Shown in pieces: positions 40,353-51,765 of a stretch of DNA of 64,000 bases. Position 1 is the stretch's first letter. Each line of letters begins with the position of its first letter. Where the stretch lies: the NCBI GenBank assembly GCA_963801165.1, contig CAWDDT010000013.1:239209-303208 (forward strand). Direction: 5' to 3'. Source of the DNA: an uncultured bacterium. Lineage in GTDB: Bacteria; Actinomycetota; Acidimicrobiia; Spongiisociales; UBA5794. The notes under the pieces are model-generated. The model did not search any database, had not been told where the DNA came from, and saw nothing but the letters and a program-made list of their open reading frames with translations. The position numbers and the translations under genes are program-made.

Positions 40353-40906
40353 ATGCCGGGATACTGCCTCATCGCGGCCGCCGATCTCGGGAGACCGACG
40401 GCTTGCAGGCGATCCAAGAGCTCGCCGGGCGTCGTATTCGGGCGGGAAAGGGCGCGAGCCTGATCTCTCACCGCACCGACTACCTGCGCCGGGGCCAGCC
40501 CGAACACGTGCAGGACGAAGTCATCCGGATTCTGGGCTTCGACACCATACGGTTTGAGACGGTCGTCCGGGAAGTCCTTGAGGTTCTTGGTGACGATCAC
40601 CTCGGCGTCGGCGTGGATTGCCACCGCCAAGACATGCCGGTCGTCGGGATCAGGCAGTTCCAGGTCGTCGATCAGGTGCTCATACCCGGTAACCAGAGCA
40701 TCCGGTATCGCCGCGTTCATCAGAGTCCTGGTCCGTTCCAGACGCCCGGAGAGTTCGGGCTGGGTGGCCACAATGGCGTCGAATACCTCGTCGAGGATCT
40801 CATCGGTCCACTTGGCCTGGAATAGTGCGGTTTGGCCGACCCGGATCAGCAGGTCGCGTAGCGATCCGGGGTAGAGGACATTGGCGTCGTAGATCGCAAC
40901 CAACAC
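40349..40906 (-). CDS. PIN-domain protein
   Basis: DANVLYP..LRDLL, ILDE, LPDPDDRHVLAVA, IVTKNLKDFP. Confidence 0.9.
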   Translation of the reverse strand: MLVAIYDANVLYPGSLRDLLIRVGQTALFQAKWTDEILDEVFDAIVATQPELSGRLERTRTLMNAAIPDALVTGYEHLIDDLELPDPDDRHVLAVAIHADAEVIVTKNLKDFPDDRLKPYGVEAQNPDDFVLHVFGLAPAQVVGAVRDQARALSRPNTTPGELLDRLQAVGLPRSAAAMRQYPGI

Positions 40907-40921
40907 GATGGGCCACGCGTC

Positions 40922-41382
40922 TCAGTATTCGAGCCCGATGCGCTCCGCCTCCCGGGTCAACTTGTCGGCGATCTCCCGCCGTCCGGCCTCCTCGCGCCGT
41001 CGGTACTCGAGAAGGTGAGAGAGCCGGATCTTGCGCCGGTTTCCCACCTTCCGGTACGGGATGCGTTCGTCGTCGAGCAGCTTGATGAGGTAGGGCCGGC
41101 TGACATTCAGCAGGTCGGCGGCTTGCTGGCTGGTGAGCTCGGCGTGGACCGGGACAACCGCAACCGCATCGCCGTTTGCCAACTCGTCGAGCACGGCGAC
41201 CAACGGTCGGAGAGCCACTGCCGGCAATGTGACGCCGGTCAGCCCTTCCCCTTCCAGATGAACCTGTGGAGCCGTGGTCGGATACCCATCGAGGAAGACC
41301 TTCAGTTGCTTGGCCGCGCCGGCAGCCTGCTCGATTGCCGCTTCGTCGGGAAGCTCGATGTCACCTATCGGCGCCCGACCAT
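40922..41382 (-). CDS. Excisionase-like HTH DNA-binding protein (putative antitoxin), small indel just after start
   Basis: ELTSQQAADLLNVSRPYLIKLLD; AGGAG RBS before ATG at 41382; coding frame open from ~41375. Confidence 0.8.
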
Positions 41383-41621
41383 GGTCGCTCCTGTCGCCGC
41401 TTCGATGGGTACCTCAACAATCATGTCACAATCCTCTCATATTCGCAATATTCGAATTAAATGATTTGACCGCAACACCTATGGGGCAGCAGCCGCTTGC
41501 CGGAGAACACCTCTTTGGCAGCCGCTCAGGTAACGATGCACCGTCGACTCACTGTTCGTCGATCGTATCGGCCGGGACCGACAGAAATGAGTCGCTCAGC
41601 ACGGCGTACCGCCTACCGTCG

Positions 41622-42091
41622 CTAGAACACCCAGCCTTCGTCACGCACCAGCCGATTCATCGCGAGCACAGGAATTCCCAGCTCAACGCAGACGTCAGGG
41701 ATCTTGGGTCGCTTCCGGGCTTTGCTCCCGGTTGGCTTTTCGTCAGTGCCACCGTTGCCTTCCGCTTCATGGCGAGAGCGACGACCCATCCGTCGGCCCG
41801 TCCCCTCCCTGGCTTGGTCAGCTCACCAAATTGCGCCGCCACCTGTCGTGCCTCGGCCTGAATTTCGTCAATCGACACGTGAGTGGATGGATGACGGTTG
41901 CACCAGGCGCGAGCCGACGAGCCTTGTCGTGTCAGCTCGGCGACGACCTCGTCCGAGATCAAAACCCTGTCCTCTGCGACCAGCGCGTCCATCCTCTCCC
42001 AGAACGATGGGAAATGCTCGACCGGCAACCACTCATCGGCGCCGGCGATCAGCGACGAGGAGTCGAACGAATAGCGGACCCTTCTGCTCAT
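41622..42091 (-). CDS. DUF4411-like PIN-fold protein (frameshift near 41745)
   Basis: YSFDSSSLI..FPSFW..ADGWVVALA; alternate frame gives KIPDVCVELGIP...EGWVF*. Confidence 0.78.
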
Positions 42092-43209
42092 AGGGCACCG
42101 ATCAACCGGGGTACTTGCTCGACTTTCAGGTCGAGTGCCCCGCATAGCTCGGACAGGGTGAGGACGCGGGCGGAGTGCGCCTCGAGCGCCGATTCGACAT
42201 AGGTGCGCCCGTACCGGGCGATGTGGGTGCGGTAGAAATGGCCACCCTTGGCCCTCTTCCCGGCGTGCTCCTCGTACCGGTCGTGGAGTTCCCCGGCAAC
42301 GTCGTCCCACGTGCCGGCCGGCAAGTAGCCGAGTTCGATGGCACGGATCAAGGTCGCCTCGGAGGAGACCTCGAACCGCTTCCCGATCTCCCACAGCTTG
42401 TCGAGCAGGGCACCGCCCCGAAGCGGCCGCAGGGCGCGGAACGACAGGTCTACCTCGCCGGCCGGGAGCAGGGCGGCTCCAGCGACACGGTTGCAGAACC
42501 GCTCGACCTCAAACTGGGTGTCGTGGTGGAGATCGCAGACCCCGTCGCCTCCGAGCGCGAGGTGGGCGATCTCGTGCAGCAGGTTGAAGATTTTGCCGCG
42601 GGGGCTGTCGGTGCCGTTCAGACCGACAACGGAGTATGTCTCGCCGCGACTGGAGAACCCACGAGCCGTTGTCACCGGGACCCGTTCGAACTGGACTGTG
42701 AGGATGCCGAGACGCACCGCCGCCTCCCGCCAGCTAGCCAGAGCCTCCTCCGGTGTCGACCAGTCTCGCTGGGTGTCGATCGTGACCCCGAGCGCATCTC
42801 GTATCTGTTGCGCCGCGTTCTCCACCCCGGTTGAAGTGGTCACCATCGGCAACCCGGCGGTCACAGGAGGTACGTGCTCGGCAATCTCGTGATAGAAGTC
42901 GAGCTGCTCGAGCGCCTGCCTGATACCGGCACGGAGCCAGTAGGGCATCTCCGGGGATCCGGCGCGTCGGAAGTCACGCATCGGTTGGAAGTCGGTTGGC
43001 GGTTCCGCCAGCATGAGAACGAACGTGGGCCGGCGGTAGACGCGGGCAGCATCTCGAAACTGCCGGGTGGTGGGAGACCGGGTCCCTTCCTCCCACGCCT
43101 CCAGCACGCCGGCGGATACTCCGATGCGTTTCGCCGCCTCGGCGACGTCGAGACCGATGGACTCCCTCGCCCAACGCATGACGGCTGGCTCGACCTGGAT
43201 ACGGCTCAT
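42088..43209 (-). CDS. XRE-HTH + ImmA/IrrE metallopeptidase
   Basis: N-terminal HTH (WARESIG..AAKRIG..WEEG), FNLLHEIAH, ERFCNRVAGAALLP. Confidence 0.92.
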   Translation of the reverse strand: MSRIQVEPAVMRWARESIGLDVAEAAKRIGVSAGVLEAWEEGTRSPTTRQFRDAARVYRRPTFVLMLAEPPTDFQPMRDFRRAGSPEMPYWLRAGIRQALEQLDFYHEIAEHVPPVTAGLPMVTTSTGVENAAQQIRDALGVTIDTQRDWSTPEEALASWREAAVRLGILTVQFERVPVTTARGFSSRGETYSVVGLNGTDSPRGKIFNLLHEIAHLALGGDGVCDLHHDTQFEVERFCNRVAGAALLPAGEVDLSFRALRPLRGGALLDKLWEIGKRFEVSSEATLIRAIELGYLPAGTWDDVAGELHDRYEEHAGKRAKGGHFYRTHIARYGRTYVESALEAHSARVLTLSELCGALDLKVEQVPRLIGAL

Positions 43210-44029
43210 GATCGGAACTTACCTGCTCGCACCGACGAAAACGACCCGGGCGATGACATCTTGGAGCAGCCCGGAACCCCGCGGCTCTCATGGTCAACAT
43301 CGACACTCATTCAAGTGCAACTAGCGCCATCGGCTGCGGATACCAGCCGGCACGTCGGCGAAGACCGGCTCGTCTCTGCAGACATCACCGACAGGGGTGC
43401 TATTGAGTACCTGCGTCGACGGCTCGCTGCGCAACGAGAACTGCAAGTGCCTCTGCAGCCAGCGCAACCACGCGTCTCTTGCGAGCCTGGCATCCGCATC
43501 AATGCTGGGGCACCGATCTTCACCAGGAGGGCGGTACCAACGTGACGACCCCTGACCTCGTTGTCCTGCCAATAAACAACATAGAAAGGGTCGTCGCCGC
43601 ACGAAAGCCCGTGAGAAAACCCAGGCACGCCATCAAGATCGTCGCACAGACCAGTAGGAGTCCTCGACCGACGCCATGACCTGAGGCCACGTGAATCCCT
43701 GGCACGCCGCCACCCAGTTCCACGTCAATCCCCAGTGCGTCGAGCGTAGGGCCAGTCATCCAGGAACACTCGTTGCGATCCATTCGACTCTACATCGAAA
43801 CTCTGCGTCCAATCTGCAAACTGGGCTGCTACGTCGTCCGGACCCAGCAGGTCACATGGGTGGGGCAGATTCTCCGGATCGAGCAGGCTGGCCCCCGGTC
43901 TCGCTGCAACCCGCTGCCACCAGAATCACAATCGCTACGACCCAACTCATGGTGTTCGCCCGTGGTCTCGATCAGATCCGCCCGGGGATTACCTCTAGGC
44001 GATGTTCTCGTCCGACGCGTTCTGGTTCA

Positions 44030-45907
44030 AGCCGTCGCGCATCTGCGAAGGCACGCTGTTCTCTCGATCTTCTTCATGGTCACCTGAGCCAATCGCCAAT
44101 GGCGAGACCCCGCCCGTTGTTGCCGCCGCTTGAGCGGTTCCCCGTCCGGACAAAACATGTCATTCACCGGCGGATTACGACCCTGCGTCACCTCAGCCGT
44201 CCCCAACCGGTCGATATTTCCCTCAAACACCGACCCATCGTCATCAACGAACAAATCACCACCGCCATCATCGCTATAGCCAAGGGCCCGCACCAAGAAC
44301 GCTGCCATCTGACCCCACGTTCACTCAATACCTATCCGGACAAAAACATGTTCATTCACCGGCGGATTACAACCACGCGTCACCTCAGCCGTCCCCAACC
44401 GGTCGATGTCCCCCTCAAACACCGACCCGTCGTCATCAACGAACAGGTCACCGCCACCGTAGTAGGTGGCCGCCCATTGCCCGTACCAAAAACGCTGCCA
44501 TCTGCCCCCGCGTCACATACCCATCCGGACAAAACATGTTCATTCACCGGCGGATTACAACCCCTCGTGATCTCCTCCGCGGCCAACCAGCTGATATCGT
44601 CCTCGAACACGTTCCCTGCGATGTCGACGAAATCAGGGACCGGGCACGGTGTTGGCAAACGCATACAGACCATCGCCACCGATCCCTGCGGAAACCAGGT
44701 AGAGCACGGCCGGTTTGGCCAGATGGGCGACGGCGGATCCTGGTCGCTTCCGGGTCATTGGTAGACCGGAGAGCCTCACCATGACAGTATAGAGCGGCCG
44801 TATGCGCCGAACGTTCCCGCTACCCACGTCGGATGTCGCGTTGACGGAGCCCGGGGTGGCAACCGCAGTTCTCGACTCGATCGAACCGCTCAGGGTTGTG
44901 CTCCAAGCGAGCGTCATATTCCCCGCGTCGATGGCCCGAAGTATCCCGTCCTCGCCCCCGATGTATACACGTCCGTAGGCGACAGCCCGGTGACCCTCCG
45001 GTGTCGTCGACAGGAGGAACTCGTAGACTCGGCATCGCTCCCGTCCGCCGCGTTGAGCGAGGTCACGATGGTCCGGGTCGGCAGGGTCGAGAGTGTCGTG
45101 GCGAAGACCCTCCCGTCGATGACGACAGGCCAGATGTGATTGCTTCCGTCGGAACCGTCAACGGAGGCCTCGAACACCACGCCACCCTGGTCGATGTCGC
45201 GGGCCGGCGGGCGAGCATCGTGACCGGCTGTTGTGTACGCCACCACGTAGTACTTGCCGTCGGCAACGGCGAACTCGTCGCCACCGCAGTCGAACAGGGA
45301 TCCCGATGCATTGAGCGTTTCGCCGTTCGCGGGGTCAACACCGTATATGCCGTTGACCAACAAGCCATCGCTGACCCCCAGGGCGGCAGGACACGAGCCG
45401 CCGCCGTTGCAGCCAAGGTGGGAGCGATCCAGGGAGAGCGACCCGCCCGGATTGGATATCAAGCGCCTGCCAGATCCCGGAAGGATACGCGCTGGTATTC
45501 GACAGCTGTCCCGGCGTAGATAGCAGACGGCCACTCGGCATCGTCGTGTGTCCACGCTGTGGAACCGTAGGTAGCTCGCAGCCCATAGGTCGTGTACCCG
45601 TCATATGCGAGAACGAAGCCCTCCGAGGCAAGGACACCCGGACACGTCGAATACCGCGGATGGCGTCTGGGACAACCCACAGTGGCGTGAGCGGCGGGGT
45701 GAGCTGCGACTCCTGCGCATTGAAGCCGGTCCGAGCCACGTCGTGGCGCTCGAACGGCCAGTAGACGCTCCCCGATCCCGCCTCGTTGGCCTGCGCTCCA
45801 GGCGCCGGCGATAGCAGAAAGCCGGCTACGACCACAGCCACGGCCGCGACGACACGGAGTCTCAGGGCAGAACCGTGTCGCATTTTCCGGACACTCACGC
45901 TTCCCAT
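44030..45907 (-). pseudogene. Heavily frameshifted secreted PQQ-like beta-propeller + SLH protein (3' end approximate)
   Basis: GGAGG RBS, signal peptide, WPFERHDVARTG, PVVIDGRVF; SLH fragments (FEDDISWLAAEEITRGCNPP, MAAFLVRALG) at ~44100-44640. Confidence 0.65.
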
Positions 45908-45939
45908 CGTTCCTCCCGAATCGGCGACCTTGCTCATAG

Positions 45940-45964
45940 GACGGCTCGACCCGGAGGATTGTCA
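45940..45964 (-). promoter_or_regulatory. Putative ECF promoter TGACA-N16-CGTC(CTAT)
   Basis: Exact motif on the minus strand ~30 bp upstream of ATG 45907. Confidence 0.7.
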
Positions 45965-46084
45965 TAGCGAGAACGGGGACGACCGCTAGCTGGCACCGTG
46001 ATCATCTTCTTGCCGCACTTGGTAGCCGAGTTGCGAGAGGACGACACCCCTAACAGGCCAACCAACATATCTAGATCGATGCAG

Positions 46085-47344
46085 CTAGAGACCATACGAG
46101 GAGCCCATACGCACAGTCGTCGATGCGGATAAATAAGCCAATGCGTCTGCTGGATCTAGCGAGTTGAAAGCGCGTGCGTTGGCGTGGCAGTAGTGTTGCA
46201 GCTCCGAAACCGCTACGACGATTGAGTTGATAGAGGAATGTGTGAGGGGGTTGTCAGACAGTTTGATCGACCATGCCAGGCCTCCTGCATACTCCTCTGG
46301 GAGAAACTTCAAAATCCGGAGTCATGCGTTGAAGGTAACTGCGATCGGATCGGGGAGCTATGGGACCGACAGCCATCTAAACGATCCGTGGACGGTGAGC
46401 TGTGTGCTGTCGCTAGCTTCCACGCAGTTGGTCGATGTTTCCTGGGGATAACCCGGACGCTCAGGCCTTTGGAGTGGACTGGTCTTTCTGCAGCCGCCGG
46501 GCTGTCACCTCGGCGGCATGGACGGGAGTCCATGTTGACATCTACGTCTCCGCTTCCGCCGCGCCGGCAGCGTCATAGTCGCGGTATCTGCCGCATGCGA
46601 CACGATCTCGCTGTCTCGCAGTCCGGCCCATACGCTCTGCAGCAAATCTGGAGTCTGGTTGAACGTGCTTCCCTCGGGAACGAACGACCGCGGGTCTGTC
46701 CCCCTGTGTCGAGGTCGCTGACGAACCCGTAGGTCGTCTCCGGCCGATTCGGGAGTCGTTCGAGCTGGAGGTGTGCTCACCAGGGATGAGACGTATTGAG
46801 GGATACCCGGGGGAAAAAGCCGGCACACGAAGTCGGCACGAGTTGCCACGGGGAACCGATCGCCGGCTTCCGGTTTGGAGCGAGAAACCGGACGAATCGG
46901 GGCTGCACTTGTTCCCCGGAATCTTCTCGGGGCCAACGTTTCCGAGCAGCACGTCCGCCTCTACGACTTTCCAACCGCGTTGATCGGATAGCACATCACG
47001 CCATGCCAGCAGATAAAGAATGCCCGACGTGTGACGGAAGTCGAATGAGGACACCATCACACCGTCAGGGGGCGGCGATGTGGTTGTTGTTGGGGCGCTT
47101 GTTGTTGTAGTAGTCGCGTTGTTGTCGTTGTCGTGCTCGCCACAGGCCTCGTGGCCGTGGTCGACGACCTACTGCTCACGCTCTGATTTCCTGGATTGAC
47201 GTGAGACGTTGCCGTCGCCGCGTTTTCGCCGGTTTGCAGTGATGTAGCGCTGTCGGGAGGCTCGTTGTCTGCCGAAATGCCTCCGCAAGACCCGAGCAAG
47301 GCGAATACGAAGACCACCACCCAGACTCGTCGCGTCGTCACCAT
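46085..47344 (-). pseudogene. Putative lipoprotein with Thr-rich linker, broken by several frameshifts
   Basis: AGGAGG RBS, lipobox LLGSC, TTTTTT linker; downstream ORF fragments 46542-47060 and 46085-46312. Confidence 0.5.
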
Positions 47345-47473
47345 CGTGTCCTCCTGGTCTCAGCCCCACGGCGGGCCTGTGTCCTCCACCTGTCTCGCGG
47401 CTCGAATTTCAGACCATGACCTGAAGCAACGCTCACGCCCTTGGTCGAATCTCTTTCTGAGCCTCGCCCATAG

Positions 47474-47498
47474 GACGTCCGAGATCAGAGCGATGTCA
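47474..47498 (-). promoter_or_regulatory. Putative ECF promoter TGACA-N16-CGTC(CTAT)
   Basis: Exact motif on the minus strand upstream of lipoprotein gene. Confidence 0.7.
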
Positions 47499-47516
47499 TG
47501 GCGAGAGCGGCAATCG

Positions 47517-50118
47517 CTAGCTGGCGACGGTGACGACGACGTCGAGCAGGATGTTGGCGCGACATTCGAAGCGGGCACCCGAGTCTTCCACGTCGGGGCA
47601 CTGTGGCCAGCCACTCGATTGGTATGGATGGGTGAACCCGTAGATCTCATTGATCGGGTCGGCCACAACCAGCTCCTCGATGATGTAGTCGCCGTCACGG
47701 ACAGACTCGGGGACCGTGACATCGACGACATACTCGTCCCCGTCGCGCCGTGTGGACGACACCTGGAATATGACGGTCTCGCCGCTTGCCTCATGAGCGA
47801 AGAAGACCGTCTGGATCTTCTCGGCTCCGCCGATCTTGGCCCGCAACTCGAAGGTGTCACCGGGCTTCACCATCGACGGAGTCACGCGGACCGCTTCGAG
47901 GGAAGGCGTCGGCAATGCCATGTTGTCACCACCGACTGTGAACTGCGAGTCACCTGACAACGCTTGCGAAGCACACATCGGCCCTCCGGAGTATCGGTAC
48001 CCCTGCGTGCAGTCCCCTACGCTCGGAAAGGTCTCCGGGTTCAAAATGTGATACTGGTCACCATCGACACCAAACACAATCACCTCCGAGACCACCCAGG
48101 TCCCGGTTGCGGCCGATGTGGGAAGCTCGATGTTCGCGGTGAATACGTCGCCGTTCCGGGAGAACTGAGTCATCGGTAGTGTCGCCGAGACCCCACTCGG
48201 ACGCTTGAAGATAACCGCGGTCACGTCGGTGGCTCCCGTCACTGTCAATGAGACCGGTACATCGGTTCCTGGCCCGACCTCTCCGTCCGGAAGTTGGATT
48301 GCCACCAGTGCCGGCACATCTGCGGGTGTGGTTTGGTCTAACGTTCCACTCGTCGCCTCCGCAGTCGTTGTCGTCTCCGGTGCCGTGGTTGTCGTCTCAG
48401 GTGACATCGTGGTTGTCGATGCCGCAACCGCGGCCACCGTGGCCGTTGTGTCGCGAGCCACCGTGGTCGATTCGACCTGCGTTGTCGTCGTGGCCGCCTG
48501 ACCGGCGGCTGTGTCTGAGGGTGTGCCCTCGCTCCCGCCAGAACCAATCAATCGGAGTAGCACGATCACAAGACCGACCGCGACCGCAGCTGTCGCCACG
48601 GCCCACCGTCGCCAGCGGTTCGATGTCGGCGCGGGCGACGTTGCGGCCTCCGCCACCGTCCGTTGCGACGGCAGTTCGACGGGCGTCGCCGTAGCTGCGG
48701 TGGTCGCCCAACCGTCGAGATGCCAATCGCCTCGAGACCGATCGACGCCAACCACCAGGCGAGTGGGACTGGCGCGCCCCGCCATGCGGTCGCTCGCTGC
48801 TCTCAGCAGCGCCTCCAGCCGGGAACGCTCGACGTCGCTGAGATCCTCGACTCCGTCGAGCAGCACCAACCATCCCGGATCAGCGGCGCAGCCGAGCACT
48901 TCCCGGCCCGTGAAGCGGCCCCGCCATAGCTGTGAAGCAATGTACTCGACGAGGTCCGGTTCGAAACGGGACAGCTCCGCGTGGAACGAGGGATCGGCGG
49001 CGTGTATCCGAAGCGGGATCAGCGGCGACTGGTAGGTGCCCCGCAGCGCTCCGTGGAGCATGCCGCCGAGCTCGGCGGCAACCACAGCTGCCGATTGTCC
49101 CGTTACTTCCGTGAGGCGAGCCTCCGGAGCAGTCGCGGCGCCGGCGTTCGTCGCTTCTCCCGGTTCGGCCACCGACAACAAGGGCACCAGCGGCAACGCG
49201 AACGGGATAGCGTCGCCCAACGTCGCCACCGGCCACAGACGGTCGCCTTGACCCGTCTCGGGCTGGCGATCGGGAAACAGCAACGGCAGAGCCAGTTCGG
49301 CAGCGGCGTCCTTCTTGGCATCGAAGTGATCCACCACCCCAATGTTTCCCCACCGATCCAGTCTTCCCGTGGCGACACAGGCACGTGCGGAGCGCCGCAC
49401 CCATTCCGGGAGGAAAGCCGTAACCACGGCAAGGGCCGCGGACAAAGCGAGCGATCCCCCCGAGATGCCTTGCCGCTGGAGGTGGCGCTCATATGAGAAA
49501 GTCGAGTACTCGTCTGGGAACGGAAGGCGATAACCGCCGATGTTGATGCGGGTCTGCAATACCTGAAGGTCCTCGGGCGGCGCAGTTACCGGATGATCTT
49601 CGAGCCACGCCATGGCCGCTTGGGCTGCTACGTCGAGAGCGCCAGTCGCGGCTCTCATCCGCAGGTGGCGACACGACCGTCACCCCCGACCGTTGCAGGC
49701 CCGACCGGGTTGCGACCACGAGCCGGTCGACGAACGCCCGCGACCACGGCGCATCCACGTAGCCAACGCCGAGGCATTCGCCATGCCGGGTGCCGGGAGC
49801 ACTGACCCACTCCCATTCATCGATCAGCGGCACCGCACTCCGTGGGGTGTCGGTCTCCCATGCAACGGGGTCCCGCACCGCCTCCGCCGCACGCGAGTTG
49901 CCCACCGCGGCCAGCGCGTCGACGACGACCGCGGCTGCTGTATTCGCTCCCCGGCTTTCCGCTACCCAGCGGATCGCCTGATCGAGTTGCGCTCGAGTCT
50001 CGAGCATCCCGACCGTTGGCCAACCCGGGTCGCGCCGGGCCTGGCATGCCGCCCGATACCATTCCTCGGTCGCCGCGGACAGCTGCGCCGAGTAGTCGCC
50101 CCTCCTGGTGTCCGCCAC
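47517..50118 (-). CDS. Membrane-anchored Lon-type (S16) protease-domain protein with degenerate NACHT-like segment and extracellular repeats; one frameshift at ~49660
   Basis: GISGGSLALSAALA (Ser), VATGRLDRWGNIGVVDHFDAKKDAA (Lys), LVLLDGVEDL, single TM, Thr-rich stalk, two related beta-rich repeats; GTG 2 nt after ECF stop. Confidence 0.7.
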
Positions 50119-50120
50119 AA

Positions 50121-50651
50121 CTACCCCCTGGCTGCGATATTCTCGTCCGTGATGGGCGTCTCGATTCCCGACAGCTCCGCCAACGTCCGCCGAGCCACCA
50201 TGAGCAGGTTGCGGAACGATCCATAACGCAGCCCTAGCCGGTCGGCGCACTCCTCCTGCGAGCGTCCCTCGAGGTAGTGGCAACGAACGGCCTGCTGATG
50301 TCGGTCTGGAAGCAGGGCGACGAGCTCAGCGACAAAAATCTCGTCGACGACATCGCTGCTGAGACTCGACTGATCCGGAATATGGTTCCATGTGTCCGGT
50401 GCCTGAGTCACCGCGTGTGAGTCTCTTCGCAACACATCGATCGCGGCGTTCCTGACCACTGCTGCCAGCCAGGCCATCCGCCGTCCCGGTGACCAATCCG
50501 CCAGCTCCTCCCACCTTTGTAGCAGCTTGACGAACGACTCCTGGGCTACGTCGTCGGCTCTACCCGAACCCCACCCCACGATCGTCTCAGCAATACGAAC
50601 AGCTTTGGGCAGGGCATCGGCGTAGAACAACTCGAAGCCCGCAGCATCCAT
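50121..50651 (-). CDS. ECF sigma factor
   Basis: Region 2 (ADDVAQESFVKL..W..WLAAVVRNAAIDVLRR) and region 4 (LPDRHQQAV...EGRSQEECADRLG). Confidence 0.92.
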   Translation of the reverse strand: MDAAGFELFYADALPKAVRIAETIVGWGSGRADDVAQESFVKLLQRWEELADWSPGRRMAWLAAVVRNAAIDVLRRDSHAVTQAPDTWNHIPDQSSLSSDVVDEIFVAELVALLPDRHQQAVRCHYLEGRSQEECADRLGLRYGSFRNLLMVARRTLAELSGIETPITDENIAARG

Positions 50652-50710
50652 GACGTCCCAATACTAGGTAGGTGGTAGCGTGCCCCGCTAGCAACGGTCC
50701 AGACGCGACA

Positions 50711-50735
50711 TGACAATCCCGCGGGCTGAATCGTC
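50711..50735 (+). promoter_or_regulatory. Putative ECF promoter TGACA-N16-CGTC(TACT)
   Basis: Exact motif 35 bp upstream of ATG 50771. Confidence 0.7.
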
Positions 50736-50770
50736 TACTAGATGGTTGTCAAAGAGACGGCCGGCCGAAG

Positions 50771-51691
50771 ATGACCGACATCCAACTCACTATCACCTAC
50801 CACCGCTTTGGTGACTACCTGCGCGTGCGCGCATCCTCGAGCACGCCACCAATAGCCGTACCCACATCCGACGGTCCCATCCTCTACCTGGATCGGGATG
50901 ATCCGGCCGTGCTGGTGGGGTGCGATATCGACCACTTCTCGACAACCTACCCAGCTCTGGATACTGCCTCCATCGAAGCGCTCGGCACCGAACTGTTCGA
51001 AGAGCTGGGCAGGATTCACAGCTCGAGCGTCGCCACTACTGAAGGTGCTCCAACAGCGCCGGATTCGGAAGAGCTGGTCGGGACGGTGCTGCGAGAGCCG
51101 GAACGATCGCTGCTCACGCTGCTCGAGGAATCGCCCGCGACTGGCGATGCCAGACGCCGCCTGCTGGCATCGATGCTGGAACCCGACGTTCCCGGGGTTC
51201 CCCGCGAGGAAGCGAGCGACTTCACCGCACCATCGGTGGTCATCAGGAACCGCTTCGTAGCTCTCAAGGAGAAGCTCGGCGCCTCCCTCGCCAAGACGGG
51301 AGCCGTTCGCCTCGACCTGTTGCGCAAGCCGGTTCCGGTTGCCGGTGCCTCGTTTGCCGAGCCGGATCCGAGCCGGCTGCCGGATCGTTTCGAGGTGACC
51401 GAAGGAGGCATCCGCGTGGCCTTCGTCCCGGAGGGGTCTATGTTCTGGGCCAACGGCTTCGTGCCGATCGAGCCCAACTCGGGGCCGGTTTCGCTGCATA
51501 TCACCGTACGGCTCACCGGCGAGGGGATGCGTATTGTCCAGCCGCTCCCCGGGTCCGAGCAGGGTGAGGGGACGCTCCGCGCCCACGGCGAGGTGCTCGA
51601 GGACGGTTTCTTCCAAATCCATCTGGGCTCGGTCACCGTTCAGGCGGGTGGCGATGCCCTCGTCGAGAGCTGCGAACTCACCTTCGACTAG
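50771..51691 (+). CDS. Hypothetical protein, N-terminus DUF2283-like
   Basis: 306-aa ORF divergent from ECF; ITYHRFGDYLRV...ILYLDRDDPAVLVGCDI pattern. Confidence 0.6.
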   Translation: MTDIQLTITYHRFGDYLRVRASSSTPPIAVPTSDGPILYLDRDDPAVLVGCDIDHFSTTYPALDTASIEALGTELFEELGRIHSSSVATTEGAPTAPDSEELVGTVLREPERSLLTLLEESPATGDARRRLLASMLEPDVPGVPREEASDFTAPSVVIRNRFVALKEKLGASLAKTGAVRLDLLRKPVPVAGASFAEPDPSRLPDRFEVTEGGIRVAFVPEGSMFWANGFVPIEPNSGPVSLHITVRLTGEGMRIVQPLPGSEQGEGTLRAHGEVLEDGFFQIHLGSVTVQAGGDALVESCELTFD

Positions 51692-51710
51692 TAGCGCAAC
51701 GCTCCGGATG

Positions 51711-51735
51711 TGACACTTCCTCCTTCGCCATCGTC
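51711..51735 (+). promoter_or_regulatory. Putative ECF promoter TGACA-N16-CGTC(TTGT)
   Basis: Exact motif ~30 bp upstream of GTG 51766. Confidence 0.7.
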
Positions 51736-51765
51736 TTGTTGGGCGACGTCCATCAAGGAGAGAGA

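Noticed and set aside
40922-41382. Excisionase indicating a prophage or ICE
   Set aside because: No integrase or phage genes nearby; the HTH + PIN pairing is a TA-like module.
49640-49680. Programmed ribosomal frameshift in the Lon-TM gene
   Set aside because: No slippery heptamer, and many similar indels nearby point to sequence error.
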